DNA of 34,427 bases from a virus. The notes beneath the pieces were generated by a model, which saw only the letters and a program-made list of their open reading frames with translations, had not been told where the DNA came from and searched no databases. The stretch lies in UHGV virus genome UHGV-0118447, one strand, 5' to 3'. Shown here in pieces: positions 7,916-16,509 of this stretch. Numbering within the stretch: the first letter of the stretch is position 1; every line of letters begins with the position of its first letter. Made by a program: the position numbers and the translations under genes.

Positions 7916-8248
7916 TCAATCGTAATAAGCTGGAATTGATTTTCCGCGTTGCTTCTGGCGGCCTGAACAGGTCACACCCATTTCACTACGTGGCTTGCTG
8001 TACCATGTGCGCTGATTCTTGCGCTCAATACGTTGCAGGTTGCTTTCAATCTGTTCGTGGTATTCAGCCAGCACTGTAAGGTCTATCGGATTCAGTGCGC
8101 TTTCTACTCGTGATTTCGGTTTGCGATTCAGCGAGAGAATAGGGCGGTTAACTGGTTTTGCGCTTACCCCAACCAACAGGGGATTTGCTGCTTTCCATTG
8201 AGCCTGTTTCTCTGCGCGACGTTCGCGGCGGCGTGTTTGTGCATCCAT
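7916..8248 (-). CDS. N: Antitermination protein N (lambda-type)
   Basis: MDAQTRRRERRAEKQAQWKAAN arginine-rich motif and lambda N-like remainder; start at the internal ATG of the track ORF. Confidence 0.9.
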   Translation of the reverse strand: MDAQTRRRERRAEKQAQWKAANPLLVGVSAKPVNRPILSLNRKPKSRVESALNPIDLTVLAEYHEQIESNLQRIERKNQRTWYSKPRSEMGVTCSGRQKQRGKSIPAYYD

Positions 8249-8420
8249 CTGGATTCTCCTGTCAGTTAGCTTTGGTGGTGTGGTAGGTGGGAGACCCATT
8301 TCGACCTGCTTCGGCCGACTTCAATTCGGCAATAGTTCCGCAGGCCTCGCCGCTTTACGTGCGACATATTCCCATCCATGAACCCTTCACCACACCCCAA
8401 AGCCTTCTGCTTTGAATGCT

Positions 8421-8451
8421 GCCCTTCTTCAGGGCTTAATTTTTAAGAGCG
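8421..8451 (-). promoter_or_regulatory. nutL (boxA CGCTCTTAA and boxB GCCCTGAAGAAGGGC)
   Basis: boxB hairpin at about 8421-8435 and boxA at about 8443-8451, read on the minus strand, upstream of N. Confidence 0.8.
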
Positions 8452-8490
8452 TCACCTTCATGGTGGTCAGTGCGTCCTGCTGATGGCTAA

Positions 8491-8519
8491 ATAGTACGAT
8501 TTGTACTTTATCGAGTCAA
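8491..8519 (-). promoter_or_regulatory. pL promoter with overlapping operator OL1
   Basis: Minus strand TTGACT-17 bp-TACTAT; dyad AGTACAAATCGTACT inside the spacer. Confidence 0.6.
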
Positions 8520-8582
8520 TACAAAATGTTCTATATATAATTAGTTTTTTATAACGCTTTGTATTTAATGGGTTTATATTTT

Positions 8583-8614
8583 GGAAAAAGAAAACCCGAC
8601 GCTAAGGTCGGGTT
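8583..8614 (-). terminator. Intrinsic terminator directly after cI
   Basis: Minus-strand AACCCGAC-CTTAGC-GTCGGGTT hairpin followed by TTTTCTTTTT, about 30 nt after the cI stop. Confidence 0.6.
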
Positions 8615-8644
8615 ATTGTTGTGTGTTTTAGAGTTGTGAGGCTG

Positions 8645-9304
8645 TTAACTAAATGTCTCTTCAGGCCACTGGCTGGCGATAACTTTCCCTACTACGGAAC
8701 AGCTATCATTGCATGGAATCATTGGATATTGCGGGTTTAGTGGCTGTAGGAACACCTGACCGCTATCCCTGATCAGTTTCTTGAAGGTAAACTCGTCACC
8801 ACCAAGTCTGGCTATGCAGAAATCACCTGGCTCAACAGCCTGCTCAGGGTCAACGAGAATTAACATCCCGTCAGGAAAGCTTGGCTTGGATCCTGTTGGC
8901 GCGGTCATGGAATTACCTTCAACTTCAAGCCAGAACGCACAATCACTGGCTTTTTTGGTTGTGCTGACCCATCTCTCCGCATCACCTTTGGTAAAGGTTC
9001 TAAGCTCAGGCGAGAACATCCCGGCCTGAACATGAGAAAAAACAGGGTACTCATATTGTTTTTTAACGGGGGCAGATGAGTATTCGCCAACAGGTGAAAA
9101 TGTACCGTCGTGGTTGAATGAGACGTTATCAATACCAAGGTATTTAAACACCACACCAATCTCGTCAAGAGATGGATGACGAGATCCGCGCAACCAGTGA
9201 CCAATTCCACCCTGCGTCATACCAAGCTCTTCAGCTAACTTCTCTTGAGTTATGCCGAGCTCTTTCATTCTGGATCTAGCCAGTTCATACCATTTCATTT
9301 TCAT
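8645..9304 (-). CDS. cI: CI repressor (LexA/S24 autopeptidase type) with lambda-like C-terminal domain and a different N-terminal HTH
   Basis: C-terminal roughly 150 aa match lambda CI from memory; N-terminal HTH ([23 protein letters not shown]) is not lambda; start at MKMKW, track N-terminal extension rejected. Confidence 0.9.
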   Translation of the reverse strand: MKMKWYELARSRMKELGITQEKLAEELGMTQGGIGHWLRGSRHPSLDEIGVVFKYLGIDNVSFNHDGTFSPVGEYSSAPVKKQYEYPVFSHVQAGMFSPELRTFTKGDAERWVSTTKKASDCAFWLEVEGNSMTAPTGSKPSFPDGMLILVDPEQAVEPGDFCIARLGGDEFTFKKLIRDSGQVFLQPLNPQYPMIPCNDSCSVVGKVIASQWPEETFS

Positions 9305-9417
9305 ACCCTTATTATTACGCTCTGTACTAAAACCATCCATGCACAAGATGTATTTTTTTTGTTTGCATTCTAAAAGTACATATCGTATTATTGTTTCATG
9401 GTTACTATGGAGGGCAT
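9305..9417. promoter_or_regulatory. OR region: pR (TTGCAT-17-TATTAT), OR1-like site AAGTACATATCGTATTAT, and pRM-proximal site on the opposite strand
   Basis: -35 at about 9363-9368 and -10 at about 9386-9391; operator core nearly identical to the pL operator; related half-sites near 9311-9330. Confidence 0.55.
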
Positions 9418-9633
9418 ATGAGCAACCTACGAAAATATCGAGAGTCACTGAATATCTCTCAAACAACACTTGCTAAGGCTGTTGGATGCACACAGGGGGC
9501 TATCGGACATTGGGAATCTGGTCGTCGCTTCCCAGACCTTAAAACATGCCGTGCTCTTGTTGAGTGCCTAAACAAGTTAGGCGCAAAAGTCAGTCTTGAT
9601 GACGTGTTCCCGCCGGAACACAAAGCCGCTTAA
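9418..9633 (+). CDS. cro: Cro-like repressor (XRE-family HTH, 71 aa)
   Basis: GGAGGG SD 4 nt upstream; HTH related to that of the cI N-domain; divergent from cI across the operator region. Confidence 0.8.
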   Translation: MSNLRKYRESLNISQTTLAKAVGCTQGAIGHWESGRRFPDLKTCRALVECLNKLGAKVSLDDVFPPEHKAA

Positions 9634-9641
9634 GACATTCC

Positions 9642-9673
9642 CGCTCTTACACATCCCAGCCCTGAAAAAGGGC
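9642..9673 (+). promoter_or_regulatory. nutR (boxA CGCTCTTA and boxB GCCCTGAAAAAGGGC)
   Basis: boxA at about 9642-9649 and boxB at about 9659-9673, just after the cro stop. Confidence 0.8.
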
Positions 9674-9752
9674 ATCAAATTAAGCCACACCTATGGTGTA
9701 TGCATTTATTTGCATACATTCAATCAATTGTTATCTAAGGAAATACTTACAT

Positions 9753-10031
9753 ATGCAACTTACAAGTACTCGCAAGAAAGCGAATGCAATTACAAGCAAC
9801 ATCCTGAATCGAATTGCTGTACGTGGTCAGCGAAAGGTTGCCGACGCGTTAGGGATTAATGAATCGCAAATTTCGCGATGGAAAGACAGCTTCATCCCCA
9901 AAATGGGAATGCTTCTGGCTGTTCTTGAATGGGGTGTTGAAGACGAGGAGTTGGCGGAACTGGCTAAGAAAGTAGCCAGAATGCTGACAAAAGAAAAAGC
10001 CCCGAAGAACGGCGAATTCTTCGAGGCCTGA
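9753..10031 (+). CDS. cII: Transcriptional activator CII (divergent from lambda CII)
   Basis: 92 aa; SQISRWK...IPK...MLLAVLEWGV core shared with lambda CII; upstream leader is lambda-like. Confidence 0.85.
   Translation: MQLTSTRKKANAITSNILNRIAVRGQRKVADALGINESQISRWKDSFIPKMGMLLAVLEWGVEDEELAELAKKVARMLTKEKAPKNGEFFEA
9786..9799 (-). promoter_or_regulatory. CII-binding direct repeats (TTGC-N6-TTGC) of a pRE-like promoter
   Basis: Plus strand GCAATTACAAGCAA inside the 5' end of cII, same relative position as lambda pRE. Confidence 0.5.
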
Positions 10032-10055
10032 TGTAGAAAGACTGGATCTATCAAC
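9989..10055 (-). ncRNA. oop: oop-like antisense RNA overlapping the cII 3' end
   Basis: Minus-strand 10-bp hairpin (one mismatch) plus CTTTTTCTTTT over about 9989-10026; the cII-O intergenic sequence matches lambda; 5' end placed by analogy, not observed. Confidence 0.45.
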
Positions 10056-10065
10056 AGGAGTCATT

Positions 10066-10965
10066 ATGACAAATACAGCAAAAATACTCAACTTCGGCAG
10101 AGGTAACTTTGCCGGACAGGAGCGTAATGTGGCAGATCTCGATGATGGTTACGCCAGACTATCAAATATGCTGCTTGAGGCTTATTCGGGCGCAGATCTG
10201 ACCAAGCGACAGTTTAAAGTGCTGCTTGCCATTCTGCGTAAAACCTATGGGTGGAATAAACCAATGGACAGAATCACCGATTCTCAACTTAGCGAGATTA
10301 CAAAGTTACCCGTCAAACGGTGCAATGAAGCCAAGTTAGAACTCGTCAGAATGAATATTATCAAGCAGCAAGGCGGCATGTTTGGACCAAATAAAAACAT
10401 CTCAGAATGGTGCATCCCTCAAAACGAGGGAAAATCCCCTAAAACGAGGGATAAAACATCCCTCAAATTGGGGGATTGCTATCCCTCAAAACAGGGGGAC
10501 ACAAAAGACACTATTACAAAAGAAAAAAGAAAAGATTATTCGTCAGAGAATTCTGGCGAATCCTCTGACCAGCCAGAAAACGACCTTTCTGTGGTGAAAC
10601 CGGATGCTGCAATTCAGAGCGGCAGCAAGTGGGGGACAGCAGAAGACCTGACCGCCGCAGAGTGGATGTTTGACATGGTGAAGACTATCGCACCATCAGC
10701 CAGAAAACCGAATTTTGCTGGGTGGGCTAACGATATCCGCCTGATGCGTGAACGTGACGGACGTAACCACCGCGACATGTGCGTGCTGTTCCGCTGGGCA
10801 TGCCAGGACAACTTCTGGTCCGGTAACGTGCTGAGCCCGGCCAAACTCCGTGACAAGTGGACCCAGCTCGAAATCAACCGTAACAAGCAACAGGCAGTCG
10901 TGACAGCCAGCAAACCAAAACTCGACCTGACAAACACAGACTGGATTTACGGGGTGGATCTATGA
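10066..10965 (+). CDS. O: Replication initiator O (lambda-type)
   Basis: 299 aa; N- and C-terminal sequences match lambda O from memory; contains the ori iterons. Confidence 0.95.
   Translation: MTNTAKILNFGRGNFAGQERNVADLDDGYARLSNMLLEAYSGADLTKRQFKVLLAILRKTYGWNKPMDRITDSQLSEITKLPVKRCNEAKLELVRMNIIKQQGGMFGPNKNISEWCIPQNEGKSPKTRDKTSLKLGDCYPSKQGDTKDTITKEKRKDYSSENSGESSDQPENDLSVVKPDAAIQSGSKWGTAEDLTAAEWMFDMVKTIAPSARKPNFAGWANDIRLMRERDGRNHRDMCVLFRWACQDNFWSGNVLSPAKLRDKWTQLEINRNKQQAVVTASKPKLDLTNTDWIYGVDL
10414..10499 (+). repeat. ori-lambda iterons (four repeats of about 18 bp, ATCCCTCAAAACGAGGGA-like) followed by an AT-rich region
   Basis: Four tandem iterons at about 10414, 10434, 10458 and 10481; AT-rich tract to about 10560. 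Confidence 0.85.
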
Positions 10966-11663
10966 AAAACATCGCCGCACAGATGGTTAACTTTGACCGT
11001 GAGCAGATGCGTAGGATCGCCAACAACATGCCGGAACAGTACGACGAAAAGCCGCAGGTACAGCAGGTAGCGCAGATCATCAACGGTGTGTTCAGCCAGT
11101 TACTGGCAACTTTCCCGGCGAGTCTGGCTAACCGTGACCAGAACGAACTGAACGAAATCCGCCGCCAGTGGGTTCTGGCTTTCCGGGAAAACGGGATCAC
11201 CACAATGGAACAGGTTAACGCAGGAATGCGCGTAGCCCGTCGGCAGAATCGACCATTTCTGCCATCACCCGGGCAGTTTGTTGCATGGTGCCGGGAAGAA
11301 GCATCCGTTATCGCCGGACTGCCAAACGTCAGCGAGCTGGTTGATATGGTTTACGAGTATTGCCGGAAGCGAGGCCTGTATCCGGATGCGGAGTCTTATC
11401 CGTGGAAATCAAACGCGCACTACTGGCTGGTTACCAACCTGTATCAGAACATGCGGGCCAATGCGCTTACTGATGCGGAATTACGCCGTAAGGCCGCAGA
11501 TGAGCTTGTCCATATGACTGCGAGAATTAACCGTGGTGAGGCGATCCCTGAACCAGTAAAACAACTTCCTGTCATGGGCGGTAGACCTCTAAATCGTGCA
11601 CAGGCTCTGGCGAAGATCGCAGAAATCAAAGCTAAGTTCGGACTGAAAGGAGCAAGTGTATGA
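10962..11663 (+). CDS. P: Replication protein P (DnaB helicase loader, lambda-type)
   Basis: 233 aa, lambda P-like throughout; ATGA overlap with O. Confidence 0.95.
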   Translation: MKNIAAQMVNFDREQMRRIANNMPEQYDEKPQVQQVAQIINGVFSQLLATFPASLANRDQNELNEIRRQWVLAFRENGITTMEQVNAGMRVARRQNRPFLPSPGQFVAWCREEASVIAGLPNVSELVDMVYEYCRKRGLYPDAESYPWKSNAHYWLVTNLYQNMRANALTDAELRRKAADELVHMTARINRGEAIPEPVKQLPVMGGRPLNRAQALAKIAEIKAKFGLKGASV

Positions 11664-11950
11664 CGGGCAAAGAGGCAATTATTCATTACCTGAGGACGCA
11701 TAATAGCTTCTGTGCGCCGGACGTTGCCGCGCTAACAGGCGCAACAGTAACCAGCATAAATCAGGCCGCGGCTAAAATGGCACGGGCAGGTCTTCTGGTT
11801 ATCGAAGGTAAGGTCTGGCGAACGGTGTATTACCGGTTTGCTACCAAGGAAGAACGGGAAGGAAAGATGAGCACGAACCTGATTTTTAAGGAGTGTCGCC
11901 AGAGTGCCGCGATGAAACGGGTATTGGCGGTATATGGAGTTAAAAGATGA
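11660..11950 (+). CDS. ren: Ren protein
   Basis: 96 aa, lambda Ren-like (MTGKEAIIHYL...). Confidence 0.9.
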   Translation: MTGKEAIIHYLRTHNSFCAPDVAALTGATVTSINQAAAKMARAGLLVIEGKVWRTVYYRFATKEEREGKMSTNLIFKECRQSAAMKRVLAVYGVKR

Positions 11951-11975
11951 CCATCTACATCACTGAGCTAATAAC

Positions 11976-12007
11976 AGGCCTGCTGGTAATCGCAGGCCTT
12001 TTTATTT
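11976..12007 (+). terminator. tR2-like intrinsic terminator between ren and ninB
   Basis: AGGCCTGC-TGGTAATC-GCAGGCCT hairpin followed by TTTTATTT. Confidence 0.75.
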
Positions 12008-12023
12008 GGGGGAGAGGGAAGTC

Positions 12024-12464
12024 ATGAAAAAACTAACCTTTGAAATTCGATCTCCAGCACATCAGCAGAACGCCATTCAAGCTATCCAGCAAATCCTTCC
12101 AGACCCAACCAAACCAATCGTAGTAACCATTCAGGAACGCAACCGCAGCTTAGACCAGAATCGAAAGCTTTGGGCTTGCCTTGGTGACGTCTCTCGTCAG
12201 GTTGAATGGCATGGTCGCTGGCTGGATGCAGAAAGCTGGAAGTGCGTTTTTACAGCAGCATTAAAGCAGCAGGACGTTGTTCCTAACCTTGCCGGGAATG
12301 GCTTTGTGGTAATAGGCCAGTCAACCAGCAGGATGCGTGTAAGCGAATTTGCGGAGCTATTAGAGCTTATACAGGCATTCGGTACAGAGCGTGGCGTTAA
12401 GTGGTCAGACGAAGCGCGACTAGCTCTCGAATGGAAAGCGCGATGGGGAGATCGGGCTGCATGA
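12024..12464 (+). CDS. ninB: NinB (Orf-family recombination mediator)
   Basis: 146 aa starting MKKLTFEIRSPAHQQNAI, lambda NinB-like; GGGGGAGAGGGAAG SD. Confidence 0.9.
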   Translation: MKKLTFEIRSPAHQQNAIQAIQQILPDPTKPIVVTIQERNRSLDQNRKLWACLGDVSRQVEWHGRWLDAESWKCVFTAALKQQDVVPNLAGNGFVVIGQSTSRMRVSEFAELLELIQAFGTERGVKWSDEARLALEWKARWGDRAA

Positions 12465-12988
12465 CTATCAAATCAAATACGCCAGCACACGACAAGGACT
12501 GCTGGCAAACTCCGCTTTGGCTTTTTGATGCACTGGATATTGAGTTTGGATTCTGGCTGGATTCGGCAGCGAGCGACAAAAATGCTCTGTGCGCTCACTG
12601 GTTAACTGAGGCCGACGACGCGCTAAATTCTGAGTGGATAAGCCACGGTGCAATCTGGAATAACCCACCGTACAGCAATATCAGGCCGTGGGTGGAAAAA
12701 GCCGCTGAGCAGTGCATACAACAGCGACAGACGGTAGTGATGCTTGTGCCAGAGGATATGTCTGTCGGATGGTTCAGCAAGGCTCTGGAGAGTGTTGACG
12801 AAGTTCGCATCATCACTGATGGACGGATTAATTTTATCGAACCATCGACAGGGCTGGAGAAGAAGGGAAACAGCAAAGGCTCCATGCTGCTGATTTGGCG
12901 ACCGTTCATCAGTCCTCGACGGATGTTTACTACCGTATCCAAAGCGGCATTGATGGCGATCGGGCAGGGCGTCAGGAGGGCGGCATGA
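12461..12988 (+). CDS. Phage DNA N6-adenine methyltransferase (Dam-like)
   Basis: NPPY catalytic motif ([10 protein letters not shown]); ATGA overlap with ninB; occupies the ninC position. Confidence 0.75.
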   Translation: MTIKSNTPAHDKDCWQTPLWLFDALDIEFGFWLDSAASDKNALCAHWLTEADDALNSEWISHGAIWNNPPYSNIRPWVEKAAEQCIQQRQTVVMLVPEDMSVGWFSKALESVDEVRIITDGRINFIEPSTGLEKKGNSKGSMLLIWRPFISPRRMFTTVSKAALMAIGQGVRRAA

Positions 12989-13161
12989 GACGACAGCGAC
13001 GAAGTATCACCGACATCATCTGCGAAAACTGCAAATACCTTCCAACGAAACGATCCAGAAATAAACGCAAGCCAATCCCAAAAGAATCTGACGTAAAAAC
13101 CTTCAACTACACTGCTCACCTGTGGGATATCCGGTGGCTAAGACATCGTGCGAGGAAATGA
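12985..13161 (+). CDS. ninE: NinE
   Basis: 58 aa starting [23 protein letters not shown], lambda NinE-like; AGGAGG SD; ATGA overlap. Confidence 0.85.
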   Translation: MRRQRRSITDIICENCKYLPTKRSRNKRKPIPKESDVKTFNYTAHLWDIRWLRHRARK

Positions 13162-13523
13162 CAATGGATTATTCACAGTTAAGTGATTTTGAAATTAACG
13201 TGGCGGTATTCGAAGCCATTCATAACGGATCACCGGATTACAAAGAAGGTGAGAATGGCGATATGGTGTTTGTCTCATTTGAGGGAGACATTGTAAACGG
13301 AGACGCAGTTGAAGTAGAAGTTGAGCGCGGATCCTTTAACCCATGCGCAAACCCAGTAGACGCATGGTCGATTATTGAAAAATACAGGATTAGCATTATC
13401 AATCTCGATGAAGACGAGTGGGGTGCACGCGGTGTGGCCTACTGTAAATCTAAGCGAGCTATACATGAAAATCCCCTCCGCGCCGCCATGATTGTCTTTC
13501 TCATGATGCAGAGAATCCAATAA
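13158..13523 (+). CDS. Hypothetical nin-region protein (121 aa)
   Basis: ATGA-coupled to ninE; acidic; family not confidently recognised. Confidence 0.55.
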   Translation: MTMDYSQLSDFEINVAVFEAIHNGSPDYKEGENGDMVFVSFEGDIVNGDAVEVEVERGSFNPCANPVDAWSIIEKYRISIINLDEDEWGARGVAYCKSKRAIHENPLRAAMIVFLMMQRIQ

Positions 13524-13699
13524 TGCTTAGCCCATCCCAATCCATCCAATACCAGAAAGAAAGCGTCGAGCGAGCTTTAACGTGCGCTAACTGCGGTCAG
13601 AAGCTGCACGTGCTGGAAGTTCACGTGTGCTCCGATTGCTGCGCAGAACTGATGAGCGATCCGAATAGCTCAATGTACGAGGAAGAAGACGATGAGTGA
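13523..13699 (+). CDS. ninF: NinF
   Basis: 58 aa ([34 protein letters not shown]...), lambda NinF-like; TAATG overlap with upstream gene; below the track cutoff. Confidence 0.8.
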   Translation: MLSPSQSIQYQKESVERALTCANCGQKLHVLEVHVCSDCCAELMSDPNSSMYEEEDDE

Positions 13700-13961
13700 T
13701 TTCTCTGAGCTTATTTCCTTCAAAAAAGACAGAGAAGAAATGCGGACTGAATCTGTCTATTACGTTCAACACCGGAATAAACGCTCGGTGCTTGATCAGG
13801 AGTTGGTTATTACCGGAGACCTGGCATTCAGAACATATAAGGCCAGCATGGAAATGAAGGATTTCCCTAAATGTGGTTCTGAAAGAGAAGCCGCGTTAAA
13901 GCTGGCTGAGTGGATGCAGAGAATGGCTGCTGCAATTGAGAATTACTGGAGTGAACCATAA
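13692..13961 (+). CDS. Hypothetical nin-region protein (89 aa)
   Basis: ATG overlaps the ninF 3' end; no family recognised. Confidence 0.55.
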   Translation: MSDFSELISFKKDREEMRTESVYYVQHRNKRSVLDQELVITGDLAFRTYKASMEMKDFPKCGSEREAALKLAEWMQRMAAAIENYWSEP

Positions 13962-14251
13962 TGGCTAACCTACGCAAAGAAGCACGCGGCAGAGAATGCC
14001 AGGTACGTATTTACGGAATATGCAATGGTAATCCTGAAACTACAGTTCTGGCACATTACCGGATGGCTGGAATTTGCGGAACGGGAATGAAGCCTGACGA
14101 CCTGATCGGCGCATGGGCTTGTAGCGCGTGTCACGATGAAATCGACCGACGCACCCATAATCTCGAAAACAAAGACGCCAGACTTTACCACCTCGAAGGC
14201 GTGATCAGGACGCAGGCGATACTGCTGAAGGAGTGGAAGATTAAGCCATGA
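13961..14251 (+). CDS. Small Cys-rich zinc-binding protein (96 aa; HNH/zinc-ribbon-like)
   Basis: Cys pairs (C13, C21 and CSAC) in a treble-clef-like arrangement; common nin-region family (recollection). Confidence 0.55.
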   Translation: MANLRKEARGRECQVRIYGICNGNPETTVLAHYRMAGICGTGMKPDDLIGAWACSACHDEIDRRTHNLENKDARLYHLEGVIRTQAILLKEWKIKP

Positions 14252-14610
14252 ACGAATATCAGTTTGTGCTTCCATACCCGCCGTCGGTGAATACCTACTG
14301 GCGAAGACGGGGAAGCCAATACTACATCAGCGATAAAGGCCAGAAATACCGAAAAGACGTTCAGCAAATCATCCGCCAACTTAAGTTAGACATTTTCACC
14401 AAATCACGACTCCGCATCAAAGTCATCGCAGACGTTCCAGACTCCCGCCGCCGCGACCTCGACAACATCCTGAAAGGTTTACTCGACTCCCTTATCCACG
14501 CCGGATTTGCGGAAGACGACGAGCAATTCGATGACATTCGCGTAATTCGTGGCGTGAAAGTACCAGGCGGAAGGCTTGGAATAAAAATCACCGAACTGGA
14601 GAACGCATGA
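14248..14610 (+). CDS. rusA: Holliday junction resolvase RusA
   Basis: 120 aa; LPYPPSVNTYW and DSRRRDLDN motifs of RusA. Confidence 0.85.
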   Translation: MNEYQFVLPYPPSVNTYWRRRGSQYYISDKGQKYRKDVQQIIRQLKLDIFTKSRLRIKVIADVPDSRRRDLDNILKGLLDSLIHAGFAEDDEQFDDIRVIRGVKVPGGRLGIKITELENA

Positions 14611-14795
14611 ACGCCACAATTCAAACGATACCAGAGCTTCTTATCCAGACACGAGGCAATCAGACCGAAGTGGCAAGGATGCTTTCCTGCGCAAGAGGAA
14701 CAGTGCTCAAGTACAACCGAGACAGCAAAGGCGAGCGTCACGTAATAGTTAACGGCGTCCTGATGGTCAAACAGGGCAAGAGGGGAAGACGATGA
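14607..14795 (+). CDS. ninH: NinH
   Basis: 62 aa; GNQTEVARMLSCARGTV motif as in lambda NinH. Confidence 0.8.
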   Translation: MNATIQTIPELLIQTRGNQTEVARMLSCARGTVLKYNRDSKGERHVIVNGVLMVKQGKRGRR

Positions 14796-15310
14796 GCATA
14801 AGAGAACTAAACCTCACCAAAGAACAGCACGATTGGCTGAATGGCTGGCTTGAACTGTGGGGCGCATGGGTTTATTCAGGCCGCCTGGAAAAGCGCATGA
14901 GCAGCGTAATAGCGAAGTTCATGGAGAGCGTAGAGCCGGGAAGAGTTATGACAAGGCCAATGTGTAATGATGATGATGGAATGTTGATTTCTCAGGTCGT
15001 CGATTCCGTCATGTACATTGACAAGAAAGCTTTTGGCATCCTCCTCAGCTACTACGCTCATGGTTCATCTAAGCGAGCAATTGCATCCTACTATCACGCG
15101 ACTGCAAAGCCACGCAAGATGTGTGGACGTGGTGGCGAGGGATGGAGAAAACCTTCACTGGCAACCTGTAGAAACGAAATTGACGACATCCTGAAAGCGT
15201 CGTTATTTGTTTTGTACCAGCCAATGCAAAATGCTTTCAAAATGCGTAAACGTGTTGAGAAAGTTAAGCATGTTGCTGTTAAAAGCCTTGACATGCAATT
15301 ATCCATTTAG
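14792..15310 (+). CDS. Q: Late-gene antiterminator Q (non-lambda type, phage 82/933W-like family)
   Basis: 172 aa, position before the lysis genes; RWGAW and CDDDD segments resemble 933W/82-type Q from memory. Confidence 0.7.
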   Translation: MSIRELNLTKEQHDWLNGWLELWGAWVYSGRLEKRMSSVIAKFMESVEPGRVMTRPMCNDDDGMLISQVVDSVMYIDKKAFGILLSYYAHGSSKRAIASYYHATAKPRKMCGRGGEGWRKPSLATCRNEIDDILKASLFVLYQPMQNAFKMRKRVEKVKHVAVKSLDMQLSI

Positions 15311-15317
15311 CCATAAT
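15288..15317 (+). promoter_or_regulatory. Candidate late promoter pR' (TTGACA-18-CATAAT) overlapping the Q 3' end
   Basis: -35 TTGACA at about 15288-15293 and -10 CATAAT at about 15312-15317; a T7 run at about 15363-15369 may mark a pause or terminator site. Confidence 0.45.
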
Positions 15318-15620
15318 TAGAAGGTAAGCTGCCGTTAGTGACTCTTAAGTTGCAACGGTGGCTTTTTTTGTTTGCACAACAGGTAAGAGCATTGAACCCG
15401 CAGACCTCGCGGAATTGGTGAAAGGTGCCGCGCAGTGCTCTTATCGTTGTGGTGAATACGCAGGCTGATGCGTTAACTTATCAGCTAGATGGTGAGGTAA
15501 AGGCTCACCATGGCGACGACGGGTAGTTCATTTACATGCCGGAAAACACAGCACCGGTCACCACACACCAAATACCTACCAGGACCATAAGAGCAAAAGC
15601 TCAACGCACTACCCTCTATT

Positions 15621-15646
15621 GCCCACCGCGCCGTGGGCTTTTTTAT
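15621..15646 (+). terminator. Intrinsic terminator upstream of S (tR'-like)
   Basis: GCCCAC-CGCGCC-GTGGGC hairpin followed by TTTTTTAT. Confidence 0.55.
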
Positions 15647-15752
15647 TGCAGGCCGCAGATATCATTTTCAGATGCCATGTAGCAATCAGAGTCTGACGGC
15701 CTTTCCCCTACAAACACACACAGCACCATCCGGAAAATCGGAGGTGAGGCCT

Positions 15753-16076
15753 ATGAAAATGCCATACAAACAAGATTTCATCGCTGCGCTACTTGCCGCC
15801 AAGGAGCAGGGTATTGGTGCAATGCTGGCTTTTATCATGGCGTATCTGCGTGGTCGCTATAACGGCGGCGCGGTAACAAAAACGCTAATTGATGCGCTGA
15901 TGTGCGCGATGATTGCCTGGTTCGTTCGTGACCTTCTGGACTTTATCGGCCTGAGCAGCAACCTCGCCTACATAGCCAGCGTCTTTATTGGATACATCGG
16001 CACCGATTCGATCGGCAATCTGATTAAAAAACTTGCAGCAAAAAAGGCGGGAGTTGACGATGCAAACCAGTCCTGA
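15753..16076 (+). CDS. S: Holin (lambda S family, dual-start MKM motif)
   Basis: 107 aa starting [22 protein letters not shown], lambda S-like; GGAGGTGAGG SD. Confidence 0.9.
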   Translation: MKMPYKQDFIAALLAAKEQGIGAMLAFIMAYLRGRYNGGAVTKTLIDALMCAMIAWFVRDLLDFIGLSSNLAYIASVFIGYIGTDSIGNLIKKLAAKKAGVDDANQS

Positions 16077-16509
16077 CGGAATTGCTCTGATAAAAAAATT
16101 TGAAGGTTGTCGGCTGACTGCTTACCCCGACCCCGGAACGGGAGATGCGCCGTGGACCATCGGCTATGGCTGGACCCATCCGGTTGACGGAAAGCCAGTA
16201 AAGCGCGGTATGACTATCGACCAGCAAACAGCTGACAGGCTTCTGAAAACAGGGCTTGTTGGTTATGAGAATGACGTGCTGAAAGTTGTCAGGGTGAAGC
16301 TGACACAAGGCCAGTTCGACGCACTGGTGTCGTTCGCTTACAACGTTGGGTCGCGTGCTCTTTCCACATCTACACTGCTGAAAAAGCTGAATGCTGGCGA
16401 TATAAAAGGCGCGGCAGATGAATTTCTGCGCTGGAATAAATCAGGCGGAAAGGTGATGCCGGGGCTCACGAATCGCCGCAAGGCAGAGCGAGCTCTGTTC
16501 CTGTCATGA
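16060..16509 (+). CDS. R: Endolysin (GH24 T4/P22-type lysozyme)
   Basis: 149 aa; FEG-x-RLTAY-PD and GYG-x-T motifs; C-terminal [11 protein letters not shown] resembles the P22 gp19 lysozyme. Confidence 0.9.
   Translation: MQTSPDGIALIKKFEGCRLTAYPDPGTGDAPWTIGYGWTHPVDGKPVKRGMTIDQQTADRLLKTGLVGYENDVLKVVRVKLTQGQFDALVSFAYNVGSRALSTSTLLKKLNAGDIKGAADEFLRWNKSGGKVMPGLTNRRKAERALFLS

Noticed and set aside
8645-9469. Full 274-aa ORF-track extent of cI
   Set aside because: The N-terminal 55 codons run through the pR/OR region and the cro start; the real start is the internal ATG at 9304
12595-13119. 174-aa minus-strand ORF across dam/ninE
   Set aside because: Antisense to a tightly coupled plus-strand operon with recognisable proteins
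15370-15620. Possible tRNA or toxin gene between Q and S
   Set aside because: No cloverleaf or T-loop GTTCGA-type motif and no ORF above about 26 codons in this interval; it is treated as an untranslated leader
15633-16076. 147-aa ORF-track extent of the holin gene
   Set aside because: The upstream 40 codons overlap the terminator hairpin; the holin starts at the MKM dual-start motif at 15753
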